Source: an uncultured Candidatus Sumerlaeota bacterium (GTDB lineage: Bacteria; CAYMEV01). From it: a stretch of 64,000 nucleotides of DNA. Numbering within the stretch: position 1 is the first letter of the stretch; every line of letters begins with the position of its first letter. The stretch spans positions 156,539 to 220,538 of the forward strand of contig CAYMEV010000001.1 in NCBI GenBank assembly GCA_964389675.1. Reading direction: 5' to 3'. The position numbers and the translations under genes were made by a program. Positions 50,677 to 59,861 of the stretch are shown one piece after another. The notes under the pieces are model-generated. The model was not told where the DNA came from, searched no databases, and was given only the letters and a program-made list of their open reading frames with translations.

Positions 50677-51629
50677 TGAGGGTAATAAAGAAGACACATA
50701 GATCCAGTATAGCCTCGGTATATATTGCCAGGACAGCTGACGGCCATCTGGTTGAGTTCGTGGAAAGCATTCAGCCTCCTCTCTCCAGGAGAGAAAAGTG
50801 GGTCATAATACTCTCTTCGCTGGTAGGATGCCCTGCAAAATGCAAATTCTGCGAAGCCGGCGGCAATTTTAAGCGAATCCTCAGCAAGGACGAGCTGTTT
50901 TTCCAGATCAGATACCTTCTGGATCTATACGGATTTGCAGGTTCAGTCCCTTCAGCCAAGTTCAAGATTCAGTTTGCCAGGATAGGGGAGCCCTCATTCA
51001 ATAATAATGTACTTATGCTCCTGGAAGACCTGCCTTCAGCAATAGATTCTCCCGGGCTTCTCCCATGCATCTCCACTATTGCTCCTCAATCCAGAGGGGC
51101 TTTCTTTGAAATGCTTCTGGAGATAAAGAACAGGCTTTATAAAAAGGCCTTTCAGCTTCAGTTCTCTGTCCACTCAACTGACAGAAACTTCAGGGATTAC
51201 CTTCTCCCTTTGCCTAAATGGCCTCTGGAACAGATTGCTGACTATGGCAGAAGGTTTTATAATAAGGACAACAGAAAGATCACACTGAATTTCGCCCCAT
51301 CTGTTAATACACCTGTCTGTCCGGAAATTATTAAAAAGCACTTTGATCCTGACATTTTTCTTCTGAAATTCACTCCGATAAATCCCACATCTGAAGCAAA
51401 AAGGAATCGCCTGAAATCACTTATAAACCCCCGGGGAAAAAAATACGACATAATAGAAAAGCTGAGGACAGCAGGTTTTGATGTAATATTAAGCCTGGGT
51501 GAGTATGAAGAGAACAGGATAGGAAGCAATTGCGGGCAGTATATTACAAATTTCAATAAAGCATCAAGGCAGGTTGATGATGCCTATACATACCCGCTTG
51601 AGAATGTATCGTCAGAAACAAAGGTTTGA
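50676..51629 (+). CDS. RlmN/Cfr-like radical SAM protein (divergent)
   Basis: SSLVGCPAKCKFC, IGEP, IST, QFSVHST, P.NP and NCGQ. Confidence 0.75.
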   Translation: MRVIKKTHRSSIASVYIARTADGHLVEFVESIQPPLSRREKWVIILSSLVGCPAKCKFCEAGGNFKRILSKDELFFQIRYLLDLYGFAGSVPSAKFKIQFARIGEPSFNNNVLMLLEDLPSAIDSPGLLPCISTIAPQSRGAFFEMLLEIKNRLYKKAFQLQFSVHSTDRNFRDYLLPLPKWPLEQIADYGRRFYNKDNRKITLNFAPSVNTPVCPEIIKKHFDPDIFLLKFTPINPTSEAKRNRLKSLINPRGKKYDIIEKLRTAGFDVILSLGEYEENRIGSNCGQYITNFNKASRQVDDAYTYPLENVSSETKV

Positions 51630-51755
51630 TACCCTATATCAGGAAATATATGTTATACAGTACCCTGTTTTTTATTTATTTTAATAAATAATTGCATTAA
51701 CCTTTATAACTGCAAAGCATGCGAAACATATTTATCTTATAAAGAGGGATGGATC

Positions 51756-52499
51756 ATGAGTAATCTTAAATACATTTACAAACCATATGATACAAAAAGG
51801 TATGAAAAATACCTTAAATTTTTCAAGATGCCTTTTGTGGAAAAAATACTGAATACATTCAAATATGCTGTAATGGGATTAATAATCTCTCTATCTTTCT
51901 CACTGCTTGTCTTTTTATTTGACTTTCTGACCTATTTTTTCAACTTTATAGCAGGTTCAGATGCCTCTGTATTATCTTTTGGTTCCTATCTGCTCATTAA
52001 TACCTTTATACCCCTTTTGATCTGGATATACGGATTTTTCAGCAAAAACAGAAGATCGAAAAAATTTGTTAATAACAGCCTGGAAAAACAGAAGTACCTC
52101 ATAAACCGCCTGACAGACCTATACAACAACAGGCTGAAACTCCTGGAATATCTCGGCAATAATACTACCAAGGGATTAATCTCCGATGAAGAGACAGCTC
52201 ATATAAAAAATGTGCTTGAAAAGATTCTTCCAAAAATTGAAGAGATGAAAAAGAATGTTGAAATACATAAGAAGAACAAGGATTTCCTCTCAAAATTCTC
52301 CATGCAGAAGGATAGCCTTTACAGTATAATAGATGAGCTTAAAGTCCTGGACGACCGGATATCCAGTGAATCCAGGGATCAGATAGACAAATATATAGAT
52401 GATGCATATATATTTGAAGCCTTCGACAATATAGAAAAGGATATGAAAAAGCTGGATATTGATTCCATTGAACCAGGGCTTCAAAATGAAAAATCCTGA
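51756..52499 (+). CDS. Hypothetical two-transmembrane protein with a coiled-coil cytoplasmic region
   Basis: 247-aa ORF with GAGGG RBS, two hydrophobic segments and a helical C-terminus. Confidence 0.6.
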   Translation: MSNLKYIYKPYDTKRYEKYLKFFKMPFVEKILNTFKYAVMGLIISLSFSLLVFLFDFLTYFFNFIAGSDASVLSFGSYLLINTFIPLLIWIYGFFSKNRRSKKFVNNSLEKQKYLINRLTDLYNNRLKLLEYLGNNTTKGLISDEETAHIKNVLEKILPKIEEMKKNVEIHKKNKDFLSKFSMQKDSLYSIIDELKVLDDRISSESRDQIDKYIDDAYIFEAFDNIEKDMKKLDIDSIEPGLQNEKS

Positions 52500-53127
52500 G
52501 CAAAAATTAATATTTGACCTTGACGGGACCCTCTTCGATACACTTGAAGATATCATTACAGCAGTAAAGGGTACTTTTGCTGAAATAAGCCTGGCCATAC
52601 CGGATTCAGAACAAATAAGATCATCGATAGGCTGGGGGTCAAGGCAGCTTTTCCTTAGTCTTCTTGAAGAGAACGGCGGCATGGTGGACAAATCCCTTGA
52701 TATATTCAGCAGAATATACCTTGAGAAGATAGCAGATACCACAAAGCCCTATCCCGGTGTAAAAAGCGTACTGGATGGTCTAAGGCCGGATTACTCCCTG
52801 AATATTCTTACCAATAAGCCTAAAAGATTCACAATCCCGCTTATTGAGCATTTTGGCCTTTCCTGCCTTTTTGAAAATATAATCACCCCGGAGGATGTAT
52901 CAGATATTAAAAAGCCTGATATAAGGCTTTGTTCCGTCGGCATCCTTGATGAAGCCCTTCTTTTTGTCGGGGATTCAGCAGTAGATATCAAAATGGCCCA
53001 TGCATGCGGGATACCTTCGGTATTTGTAACCTACGGATATGGAAGCATTGACAGCATAGAGCCTTCCTTTATCATAGACAGCTTTCAGGAACTCCCTGAA
53101 ATTATCGACTGCCTGAAAATGGACTGA
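52486..53127 (+). CDS. HAD-superfamily phosphatase (phosphoglycolate phosphatase-like)
   Basis: FDLDGTL.D, YPGV, LTNK, KKPD, VGDS.VD and YGY. Confidence 0.85.
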   Translation: MKNPEQKLIFDLDGTLFDTLEDIITAVKGTFAEISLAIPDSEQIRSSIGWGSRQLFLSLLEENGGMVDKSLDIFSRIYLEKIADTTKPYPGVKSVLDGLRPDYSLNILTNKPKRFTIPLIEHFGLSCLFENIITPEDVSDIKKPDIRLCSVGILDEALLFVGDSAVDIKMAHACGIPSVFVTYGYGSIDSIEPSFIIDSFQELPEIIDCLKMD

Positions 53128-53300
53128 TAAACCTCAGATATGTATTTTTGACACTTACAGAGCTGTCAATGGTTTTTTTATTAATCCTTTTGACGGAATA
53201 CTATTCTTTGATCGAATATTTTTTATCACATGATAGAAAGTGTTTTTCTTTTTATATCAAAAGTATTAAAATATAGAAAAAATGAAGAAAGGAGAGACGG

Positions 53301-55490
53301 ATGAAACTTTTCAGGAAAAACATGAATTTGCCGGTTGTCTTAGGCCTTCTAATCCTCATTTCAGCGCTTTTTACACCCCGGCTAATTTCTGAAGAACGTC
53401 AGGTGGTCTTTAACGATGGCCTTGCACAGCAGAGCATTGCCTGGCAGATAGAGGAGCTGGCAAAATGGCTTATTAAATCGAGAGACCTGATTCCGAGGCC
53501 TGAAGAATGTACGGAATACTGCTTTACAATAGATACACTCAATATATCAGGGTCTATAGAGAAGAACAGACTGCTTTTCAGTCTGAACGGCCATGTCCTG
53601 TCTGATGATTATGCACTGATACCGCTTTTCAGCCAGCCCAAAAAGATTGGCCTTTTAAATGTAACGGTAAATAACAAGCCTGCTATAGTAGGTTTTGAGG
53701 ACCTTAACCACTATTTCGTAAGAACAGCCGAAAAGGATTTTGTTATAAAGGGCGAGCTTGAGTTCCGCGAGGAATCCAATCTCAATATCGTGGGCCCTGT
53801 TAATTCTTTCTACGGGGAGATTGAAGACGGCAGAATAGTACAGGGCAATAAGCTCGCAGGATTAAGAAACACACTTATACACATTGAATCTACAAAAGCC
53901 AGGCCTGTTTCGGATGAACCTGAAATAAAGCCTTTGTTCCAGCTTAACAGATCTTTCAGGATCACAGATGAAATTGCATTTGAATATCATGTATATATCC
54001 GGTCAGGGACAGAGATAAGCAATTATATCATACCTCTTAAAAACAGCGAGATAGTGCTTGATGTCAGGGGCGTAAGGGATTGGAAGCTTGAAAAGGACAG
54101 GCTCATTATCAATTCAAACCAGAAAAGCATTCAATGCATAATAACAGGTAATATCAAGAGCCTTGAAGCCTTAAGCATGGATGAAAGGTCCGGTTATGAA
54201 TGGTGGCTTATTGAATCTGACCCCCAGCACAGGATCTCCGTTAAGACCACAGGAAAGCAGATAGATTCATCTGAATCCCCGATACCGAGAAAAATGTCAT
54301 TATCCAGGCTTTATTTCATGACAAAGGGCAATGAGATCAGCATAAGCGTTCAAAAGCTGAAATCCCTTGAAGCACTTGCAGCTGTTGTACATTCCCAGAA
54401 AAGAAAAATAGTCTGGACAAAGGATGGAGACATAGTAGCCTATGACACTTTGACATATGAGAACAGCGGGGTTGACTACCTTGTTTTTGATACAAAGGGA
54501 AAGCCCATATATCTCGAAATTGACAATTCTCCCCAGAGGCTCCTGTCTCAGGATGACATCCCTGAAACCGCCGTCCTGCTTCCACTGCTGAAGGGTAAAC
54601 ACAATGTCTTTATTCAGAACATAGCCAAATCAGAGATAAATCATCTTGGCGGATCTCTTGAGCTTCCATCACCTGAACACAGCTTTACAATAAGCAACGG
54701 CTATATTGAATTTGGCCTCCCCGATATGATCATACCGCTTTATTTTACTGAAGGTACAGGCTTTCTGAATCCATTCAGCCTTACAGACATAATACTTTTC
54801 ATTATAATAATCATAATATCATTTTACCTGTTTAAAAGCAGGAGCATAAGATTCTTTTCAGTAATCTCGCTTGCTGGAATATACCTGCTGTTGAAGGGGT
54901 TTTTTATTGCCCTGCTTATACTGGCGATATTAATAAAGCTGGTATTCTACCTGAGGAAAAAATACTCAAAGAAGACCTTCCTCCTTATTATAATAATAAC
55001 AGCCATGGCACTCATCTCACTGCTTGTCTACTCGATGATCCTGCCATCACTGCTGATTTCAGGCCGCTCTCATGCCGGTTATGATCAATCCAGGCAAAGG
55101 CCGGAAGCTCCATCTATGCAGGCTTATGATGAATATGAACAGAAAACACTGAGCAAAAGCGAAGAAAGATGGGGGCAAAGAGATGCCGGAAGCATTGATT
55201 ATGATAAACTGCTTAGGGAAGATGCTGTCATTTCAGACTCAAGCATAGTAGAGGGAATAATACCGGTCGCTTTGCCTATGCCTAAATATGATTACAGCCT
55301 CTATGCATACAAAGAACTTATAACGAAGGACAGGCCTCTTGCACCAAGGCTGCTTTATATAACAAGATATACGCTTATACCTGTTTATCTCCTATGGCTG
55401 ATATCGCTTCTGATTTTAATAAGGCATCTGTATCCTGAGATCAGGCCTTATTTAAAAAGGGATGAGATAAAAAAGCAGGAACCTGAGTAG
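53301..55490 (+). CDS. Hypothetical exported/membrane protein
   Basis: 729-aa ORF with GGAG RBS, signal peptide, large beta-rich domain, a cluster of transmembrane helices and a C-terminal helix. Confidence 0.65.
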   Translation: MKLFRKNMNLPVVLGLLILISALFTPRLISEERQVVFNDGLAQQSIAWQIEELAKWLIKSRDLIPRPEECTEYCFTIDTLNISGSIEKNRLLFSLNGHVLSDDYALIPLFSQPKKIGLLNVTVNNKPAIVGFEDLNHYFVRTAEKDFVIKGELEFREESNLNIVGPVNSFYGEIEDGRIVQGNKLAGLRNTLIHIESTKARPVSDEPEIKPLFQLNRSFRITDEIAFEYHVYIRSGTEISNYIIPLKNSEIVLDVRGVRDWKLEKDRLIINSNQKSIQCIITGNIKSLEALSMDERSGYEWWLIESDPQHRISVKTTGKQIDSSESPIPRKMSLSRLYFMTKGNEISISVQKLKSLEALAAVVHSQKRKIVWTKDGDIVAYDTLTYENSGVDYLVFDTKGKPIYLEIDNSPQRLLSQDDIPETAVLLPLLKGKHNVFIQNIAKSEINHLGGSLELPSPEHSFTISNGYIEFGLPDMIIPLYFTEGTGFLNPFSLTDIILFIIIIIISFYLFKSRSIRFFSVISLAGIYLLLKGFFIALLILAILIKLVFYLRKKYSKKTFLLIIIITAMALISLLVYSMILPSLLISGRSHAGYDQSRQRPEAPSMQAYDEYEQKTLSKSEERWGQRDAGSIDYDKLLREDAVISDSSIVEGIIPVALPMPKYDYSLYAYKELITKDRPLAPRLLYITRYTLIPVYLLWLISLLILIRHLYPEIRPYLKRDEIKKQEPE

Positions 55491-55493
55491 TAC

Positions 55494-55630
55494 AGGCATG
55501 GTATCTTCCATGCCTTTTCCCCCAGGCATGGGCTTTGCCCATGCGTTTATACAGGCATGGTATCTTCCATGCCTTTTCCCCCATGCATGGTACTCCATGC
55601 GTTTCCCCCATGCATGGGCTTTGCCCATGC
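55494..55630. repeat. Array of five GCATGG-loop-CCATGC palindromes (REP/BIME-like)
   Basis: Hairpins at 55494-55515, 55526-55544, 55553-55574, 55585-55600 and 55612-55630, with 8-11 nt linkers. Confidence 0.85.
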
Positions 55631-55637
55631 GCTGGAG

Positions 55638-55667
55638 AGGCAGGGAATTTTCACCCTGCCTTCTTCT
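55638..55667 (+). terminator. Intrinsic terminator-like hairpin
   Basis: AGGCAGGG-AATTTTCA-CCCTGCCT followed by TCTTCT, between convergent genes. Confidence 0.5.
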
Positions 55668-55762
55668 GCATTATGGATCTATAGACTTCAGCCTTATATA
55701 ATATTTGAAAAGAGCCCTGACTAAATATTCCGGTCTAAAGGGTGCTTTCAGCAAACAGGCTC

Positions 55763-57271
55763 TCAGAATGGAAAATCATCCAGTTTCTTCTTCTGTGAAC
55801 CTCTCGGGCGTATATATGCCTTTTCATGAATATCAAGAGGCTTTACTGCTATTGCCTTCGTGCCCTCAACGGGGCATGAATACTGGCATATTCCGCATCC
55901 AATACAGTGTTTTGTGCTTACCACCGGTGCAAGGACCTTCCCAAGGTCTATCATCTTTATCGCTGCGGTAGGACAGTGTTCTGCGCATGCACCACAGTCC
56001 AGGCCCAGGCTGTAGGGTATGCAGAGGCCGGTGTCCAGTCTGGCCTTCCCTATTGCTGTTACCTGCTTTTCAGGAAGGCTCAGGTATTTCAGTGCATTCA
56101 TGGGGCATACACTCATGCAGACATTGCATTCAAAGCTGCAGTAGGATTTATTAAAATCAAGGGCGGGAAGCAGCCTGTTTGAACTGCTGTGAGAATAGCT
56201 GACTGGCTTTAATACCCCCGTAGGGCATACAGAAATACATAAACCGCAGTTTGTGCACCTGGATAAGAAGCTTTCATAGGTGTCACCGCCGGGCGGGAAG
56301 ACCTCGGCAATATCGGTGTTTTTGCTTTCAGCTCCTGCCAGGCTTTTGAGCAAAAACCCTCCGGACAACCCAAGTCCTGCAAACAGGGCTGATCTAAGCA
56401 ATCCTCTCTTTTCCTTTGAATAACTTGCTTTTTCATCCTGACGGCCCTTGCCAGCCTTAAATGAAAGTCTCAGTGAATTAACAGGGCACTGCCTGAGGCA
56501 TTCAAAGCACATAATGCACTGTGTTTTATCAACATAGCCATCTTCGATACACATAACAGGGCACTTTCTGTCGCATTTACCGCAGGTTCTGCATGAATCT
56601 TCCTGCCTTATGCTCAGCAGGGAATGTCTGGCAAGAAAGGAGAACAGAAGGCCTGACGGACAAATACTGTTGCAGAATAGCCTCGGGAAAAAGAGCGACG
56701 AAATAAATACAGAGAGAATAAAGAAAATGGAATAGAAAAAAGACCTGTGGAGATCAAATGGAATCTCACGAAAATATATGGACGAATACTCATAGACCGC
56801 GCCTGATAATGGACTTACGGCCATGCTTATAAGGGGATTTACCGCATGAGCAAGGAATGATACCATATTTGTAAAGTGGTCGACAAGGAAATAAAGAGGA
56901 AGCCTGACAAAAACAAGCACGAGGAAAAGAAAGAGCAAAAAGGTCTTAAATGATGCCATTCCCGGGACTTTTCTCTTTTTTATGCCGAGTTTGTCAGAAA
57001 CTGCTATTGAAATATCCTGAATCAGGCCTACAGGGCATAAAAATGAGCAGTACAGCCTTCCAAATATAAGGTTGACCAGAATAAGAAGGAGAAATACAAG
57101 CATATAGGTGCTTATGCTTAGATCCGCCAGTTTTGACAGAGAAGGCACAACATGCAGATAATTAAATACGCTTATCAGCCCTATGCTCTCAATAAGGTTA
57201 AGTGTCACTAAAATTGCGAAGGCCAGGAATATAGCCTGGGACAGTCTTCTTATTAATCTTATGTATCTCAA
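55763..57271 (-). CDS. Membrane polyferredoxin (NapH/YccM-like N-terminus plus NapG/MauM-like C-terminus)
   Basis: GRLYCSFLCPVG, RLFCNSICPSG, several CxxCxxCxxxCP motifs, an internal KRGLL-TM segment and PPG. Confidence 0.8.
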   Translation of the reverse strand: MRYIRLIRRLSQAIFLAFAILVTLNLIESIGLISVFNYLHVVPSLSKLADLSISTYMLVFLLLILVNLIFGRLYCSFLCPVGLIQDISIAVSDKLGIKKRKVPGMASFKTFLLFLFLVLVFVRLPLYFLVDHFTNMVSFLAHAVNPLISMAVSPLSGAVYEYSSIYFREIPFDLHRSFFYSIFFILSVFISSLFFPRLFCNSICPSGLLFSFLARHSLLSIRQEDSCRTCGKCDRKCPVMCIEDGYVDKTQCIMCFECLRQCPVNSLRLSFKAGKGRQDEKASYSKEKRGLLRSALFAGLGLSGGFLLKSLAGAESKNTDIAEVFPPGGDTYESFLSRCTNCGLCISVCPTGVLKPVSYSHSSSNRLLPALDFNKSYCSFECNVCMSVCPMNALKYLSLPEKQVTAIGKARLDTGLCIPYSLGLDCGACAEHCPTAAIKMIDLGKVLAPVVSTKHCIGCGICQYSCPVEGTKAIAVKPLDIHEKAYIRPRGSQKKKLDDFPF

Positions 57272-57275
57272 GCCC

Positions 57276-58187
57276 TTATATTGATATCCTCCTGATATTT
57301 ATATTGTCAAGTACGGTGGTCCCTATCATATGGCTTTCTGCCATTTTTATATGGTCGATATCCGACGGCTCCATGCCCATTATGGCAGCACATGCTGTAT
57401 CTACGGCAACCATGTCCGTACCTGCTATCAGCATTCTGTCATTCCTTAGATCATCTTCTGACAATCCCCTGGGGCCATTGTGGATCATGACATTATATGC
57501 ATCGATGATATTCAAATCCGGCTTCCTTACCAGGGGAATCTCTGAAATACATTGATGCAGGCCATTCCTGTGAAAGAACCTTCTGTCATAGACAACTCCC
57601 ATCATATTCTTTAATGCAGCTGTCATTCTCGTAGAACCGTGGCTTTTCAGCTTTGCAAGATTAATAAAAACGTCAGCCTCAAGGTATAATTTATTAAAAA
57701 GTGCTTCCTTCAGTATCTTTGCAGCAGGTATTTTTACATTGCTGTAATCCTTCTTGTCATAAGCAGGAAGCATTATCCCAGAGCTGTCTTTCACAGCCCG
57801 TTCCACACCGCTGTTCCTGTAGCTTCCTGACCATTCATTGCACGTATTGTCAAAGGCATATACAGTCTTTGCACCAGCCTTATATGCCATCTCAACAACC
57901 TTTGCCACCAGCTCCGGGCTTACATTTGCCCCCTGTGAAGGAGTCCTGTTCCATGATGTATTAGGTTTTACAGCTACTATCTGCCCCTTACTGATAAACC
58001 TTGAGAACCCCCCCATTGCATCTATTGCTATCTCGAACATCTGCGCAGGTGTTCCGTTTCTCACCGCGACCATGTCGGGAAAGGAGCTTTTTGACTCTTC
58101 ACCCAGCAGGGGCAGGCTGGGAAAAAGCGTCAGTATGCCCGCAGCAGCTCCCATTTTTATAAAATCACGCCTGTTGTATGAAACCAT
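57276..58187 (-). CDS. DUF362 family protein with a Tat signal peptide
   Basis: NRRDFIK, VAVKPN, KLKSH, LKNMMG, IIDA and D.VAVD; GGAGG RBS. Confidence 0.85.
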   Translation of the reverse strand: MVSYNRRDFIKMGAAAGILTLFPSLPLLGEESKSSFPDMVAVRNGTPAQMFEIAIDAMGGFSRFISKGQIVAVKPNTSWNRTPSQGANVSPELVAKVVEMAYKAGAKTVYAFDNTCNEWSGSYRNSGVERAVKDSSGIMLPAYDKKDYSNVKIPAAKILKEALFNKLYLEADVFINLAKLKSHGSTRMTAALKNMMGVVYDRRFFHRNGLHQCISEIPLVRKPDLNIIDAYNVMIHNGPRGLSEDDLRNDRMLIAGTDMVAVDTACAAIMGMEPSDIDHIKMAESHMIGTTVLDNINIRRISI

Positions 58188-58265
58188 TTCATGACCTCCT
58201 TTTATTTTATTAAAAAGCCATATAGATCTATATACAGTGAGAATAGAAAAAATGTTACACAGATA

Positions 58266-59861
58266 TCAGATAAACATGACCCTCTCATTCACCTCCACTG
58301 CGATTGCTTCCTGATTCAGCTTCCTTTTGAGATTGTCGATATAATCAAGCACATCATATAAGTGGAGGTCCATCAGGTCATCCTTCATAAAGCTTTTAAT
58401 AATATAAACCCTTTCAACAATAATGTTCTGACCGCTTTTATAGGTTCCATCAGCCTCTAATACTGTGACTCCTCCGAATAGGCATGTCATGTACTTTTTC
58501 AGCTGATCCCGTATTTCAGAAGTATCAAATGACTCATCCCTGTTTATTGTAGTAGGGATGTAAATGCAGATACAGCAGTCCTTATCCATAAAAGACATGA
58601 ATCTCAAAAGGTCCTTTTCCCTTATTTCTTCATTCTGACTGATAATAATATCATACCGGTCATCATCCTCTTCTTTACCGGTATTATCTTCTGGCTCCAG
58701 AATCTTAAAGACCATTCCTGTTTTTGCCTTGTGGGTATTTCTGCGAAGGATCTTTTCAACATCTGTCAGCGAAGGCTTTTTGCCATCCAGGATCACGCAC
58801 AGTTTATCTGCTTTTGAAAAATCCATATTCTCGAGCCTGTCCTTATCAACGGTATGTTGAATGCAAATAAGGCTGTATCTGGAGATGACATCCTGGTAAA
58901 GATATTCATCCCTGAAAAAATCTTCCCCTTTTTTGTATTTAATATCAAAGAACTCACTGAACCTCTCACCTTCTTTTCCCTCTGCATTAGTTCCGCAGGT
59001 TTTTTCCCTTTCCGGGTCATTTATGATAAAGCAGATCTTTTTTTCTGTCATCTCTGAGTATTTTGAAAGGATCTTGAATTCTGCATCCTTTCCATCAGAA
59101 TTAAATCTCAAAAAGACAATGATCTTTGCCTTTTTCTCACCTGAGATAACCAGCTTTCTGCTCTCATCAATTGCAGAACTGAGCATACAATCCGCAAAGG
59201 CGGGATGCCGGCTGATAAGCTCCCTTATATAATCCACGGGTATCTCGAATATCTCAAGCCTGCTGTATGCAATTACACTGTAAGGCATGGTACTGTCATA
59301 ACAGGAGAGTGCATATCCTCCAATAAGATCGCCTTTGTGGAAATACTGCACTATCCTGTTTTTTTCCAGCTCAGGCTTGATTATGCAGGCAGCTGAAATT
59401 CCGTTCTTGATCAGGCATAGGTTCTCAGGGGTATCCTCCTGCCATAATAATATCTCATTCAGCCTGTATATCCGTTTTTTGGAAATATCTATTGTCTTTG
59501 AGATATTTTCCGTGCTGAGGCCCCTGAAAAGCCTGTTTTTTTTGAAAAAGTCATAATCACTGATCTCATAGGATTCCCACAGGCTTGGAGGAAGGAATGC
59601 CTTATGCGTTCTCAGATTATCAGCAAGATTTGCACAGTAGCTTATGCGTCTGTCCTGAAGGATCTGCTTTATCATTCCTTTTTTCAGCATTTCCCTGATA
59701 TATTTTCCAGGCTCATCCTCTTTGATGCCAAGTGCATTTATGATACCAGGGATTGAGGATCCCGGGTTCTTTACAAGAAAGGTCATTATCTTTCTATAGC
59801 ATGCAGGCATCAGCAGAATATCCGAAAGTGTGACGCCGCTTTTGAAATCTTTCTCACTCAT
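58266..59861 (-). CDS. Multidomain protein: wHTH + cNMP-binding-like + degenerate ParA/MinD-like + DUF3574-like domain
   Basis: aa 1-99 wHTH-like; aa ~104-230 LFRGL..LCLIKNG..GDLIG; aa ~244-425 KIIVF..GK..KICFI..YSLICI..ADKLCVIL; aa ~428-531 FGGVT..EADG.Y..E..LNQEAIAVEVN. Confidence 0.6.
   Translation of the reverse strand: MSEKDFKSGVTLSDILLMPACYRKIMTFLVKNPGSSIPGIINALGIKEDEPGKYIREMLKKGMIKQILQDRRISYCANLADNLRTHKAFLPPSLWESYEISDYDFFKKNRLFRGLSTENISKTIDISKKRIYRLNEILLWQEDTPENLCLIKNGISAACIIKPELEKNRIVQYFHKGDLIGGYALSCYDSTMPYSVIAYSRLEIFEIPVDYIRELISRHPAFADCMLSSAIDESRKLVISGEKKAKIIVFLRFNSDGKDAEFKILSKYSEMTEKKICFIINDPEREKTCGTNAEGKEGERFSEFFDIKYKKGEDFFRDEYLYQDVISRYSLICIQHTVDKDRLENMDFSKADKLCVILDGKKPSLTDVEKILRRNTHKAKTGMVFKILEPEDNTGKEEDDDRYDIIISQNEEIREKDLLRFMSFMDKDCCICIYIPTTINRDESFDTSEIRDQLKKYMTCLFGGVTVLEADGTYKSGQNIIVERVYIIKSFMKDDLMDLHLYDVLDYIDNLKRKLNQEAIAVEVNERVMFI

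Noticed and set aside
55494-55630. CRISPR array
   Set aside because: The repeats differ in their loops, the linkers are only 8-11 nt and are themselves repeated, and there are no cas genes.
55498-55971. ORFs 55498-55701 and 55705-55971
   Set aside because: The first is a translation of the palindrome array; the second is mostly antisense to the polyferredoxin gene.
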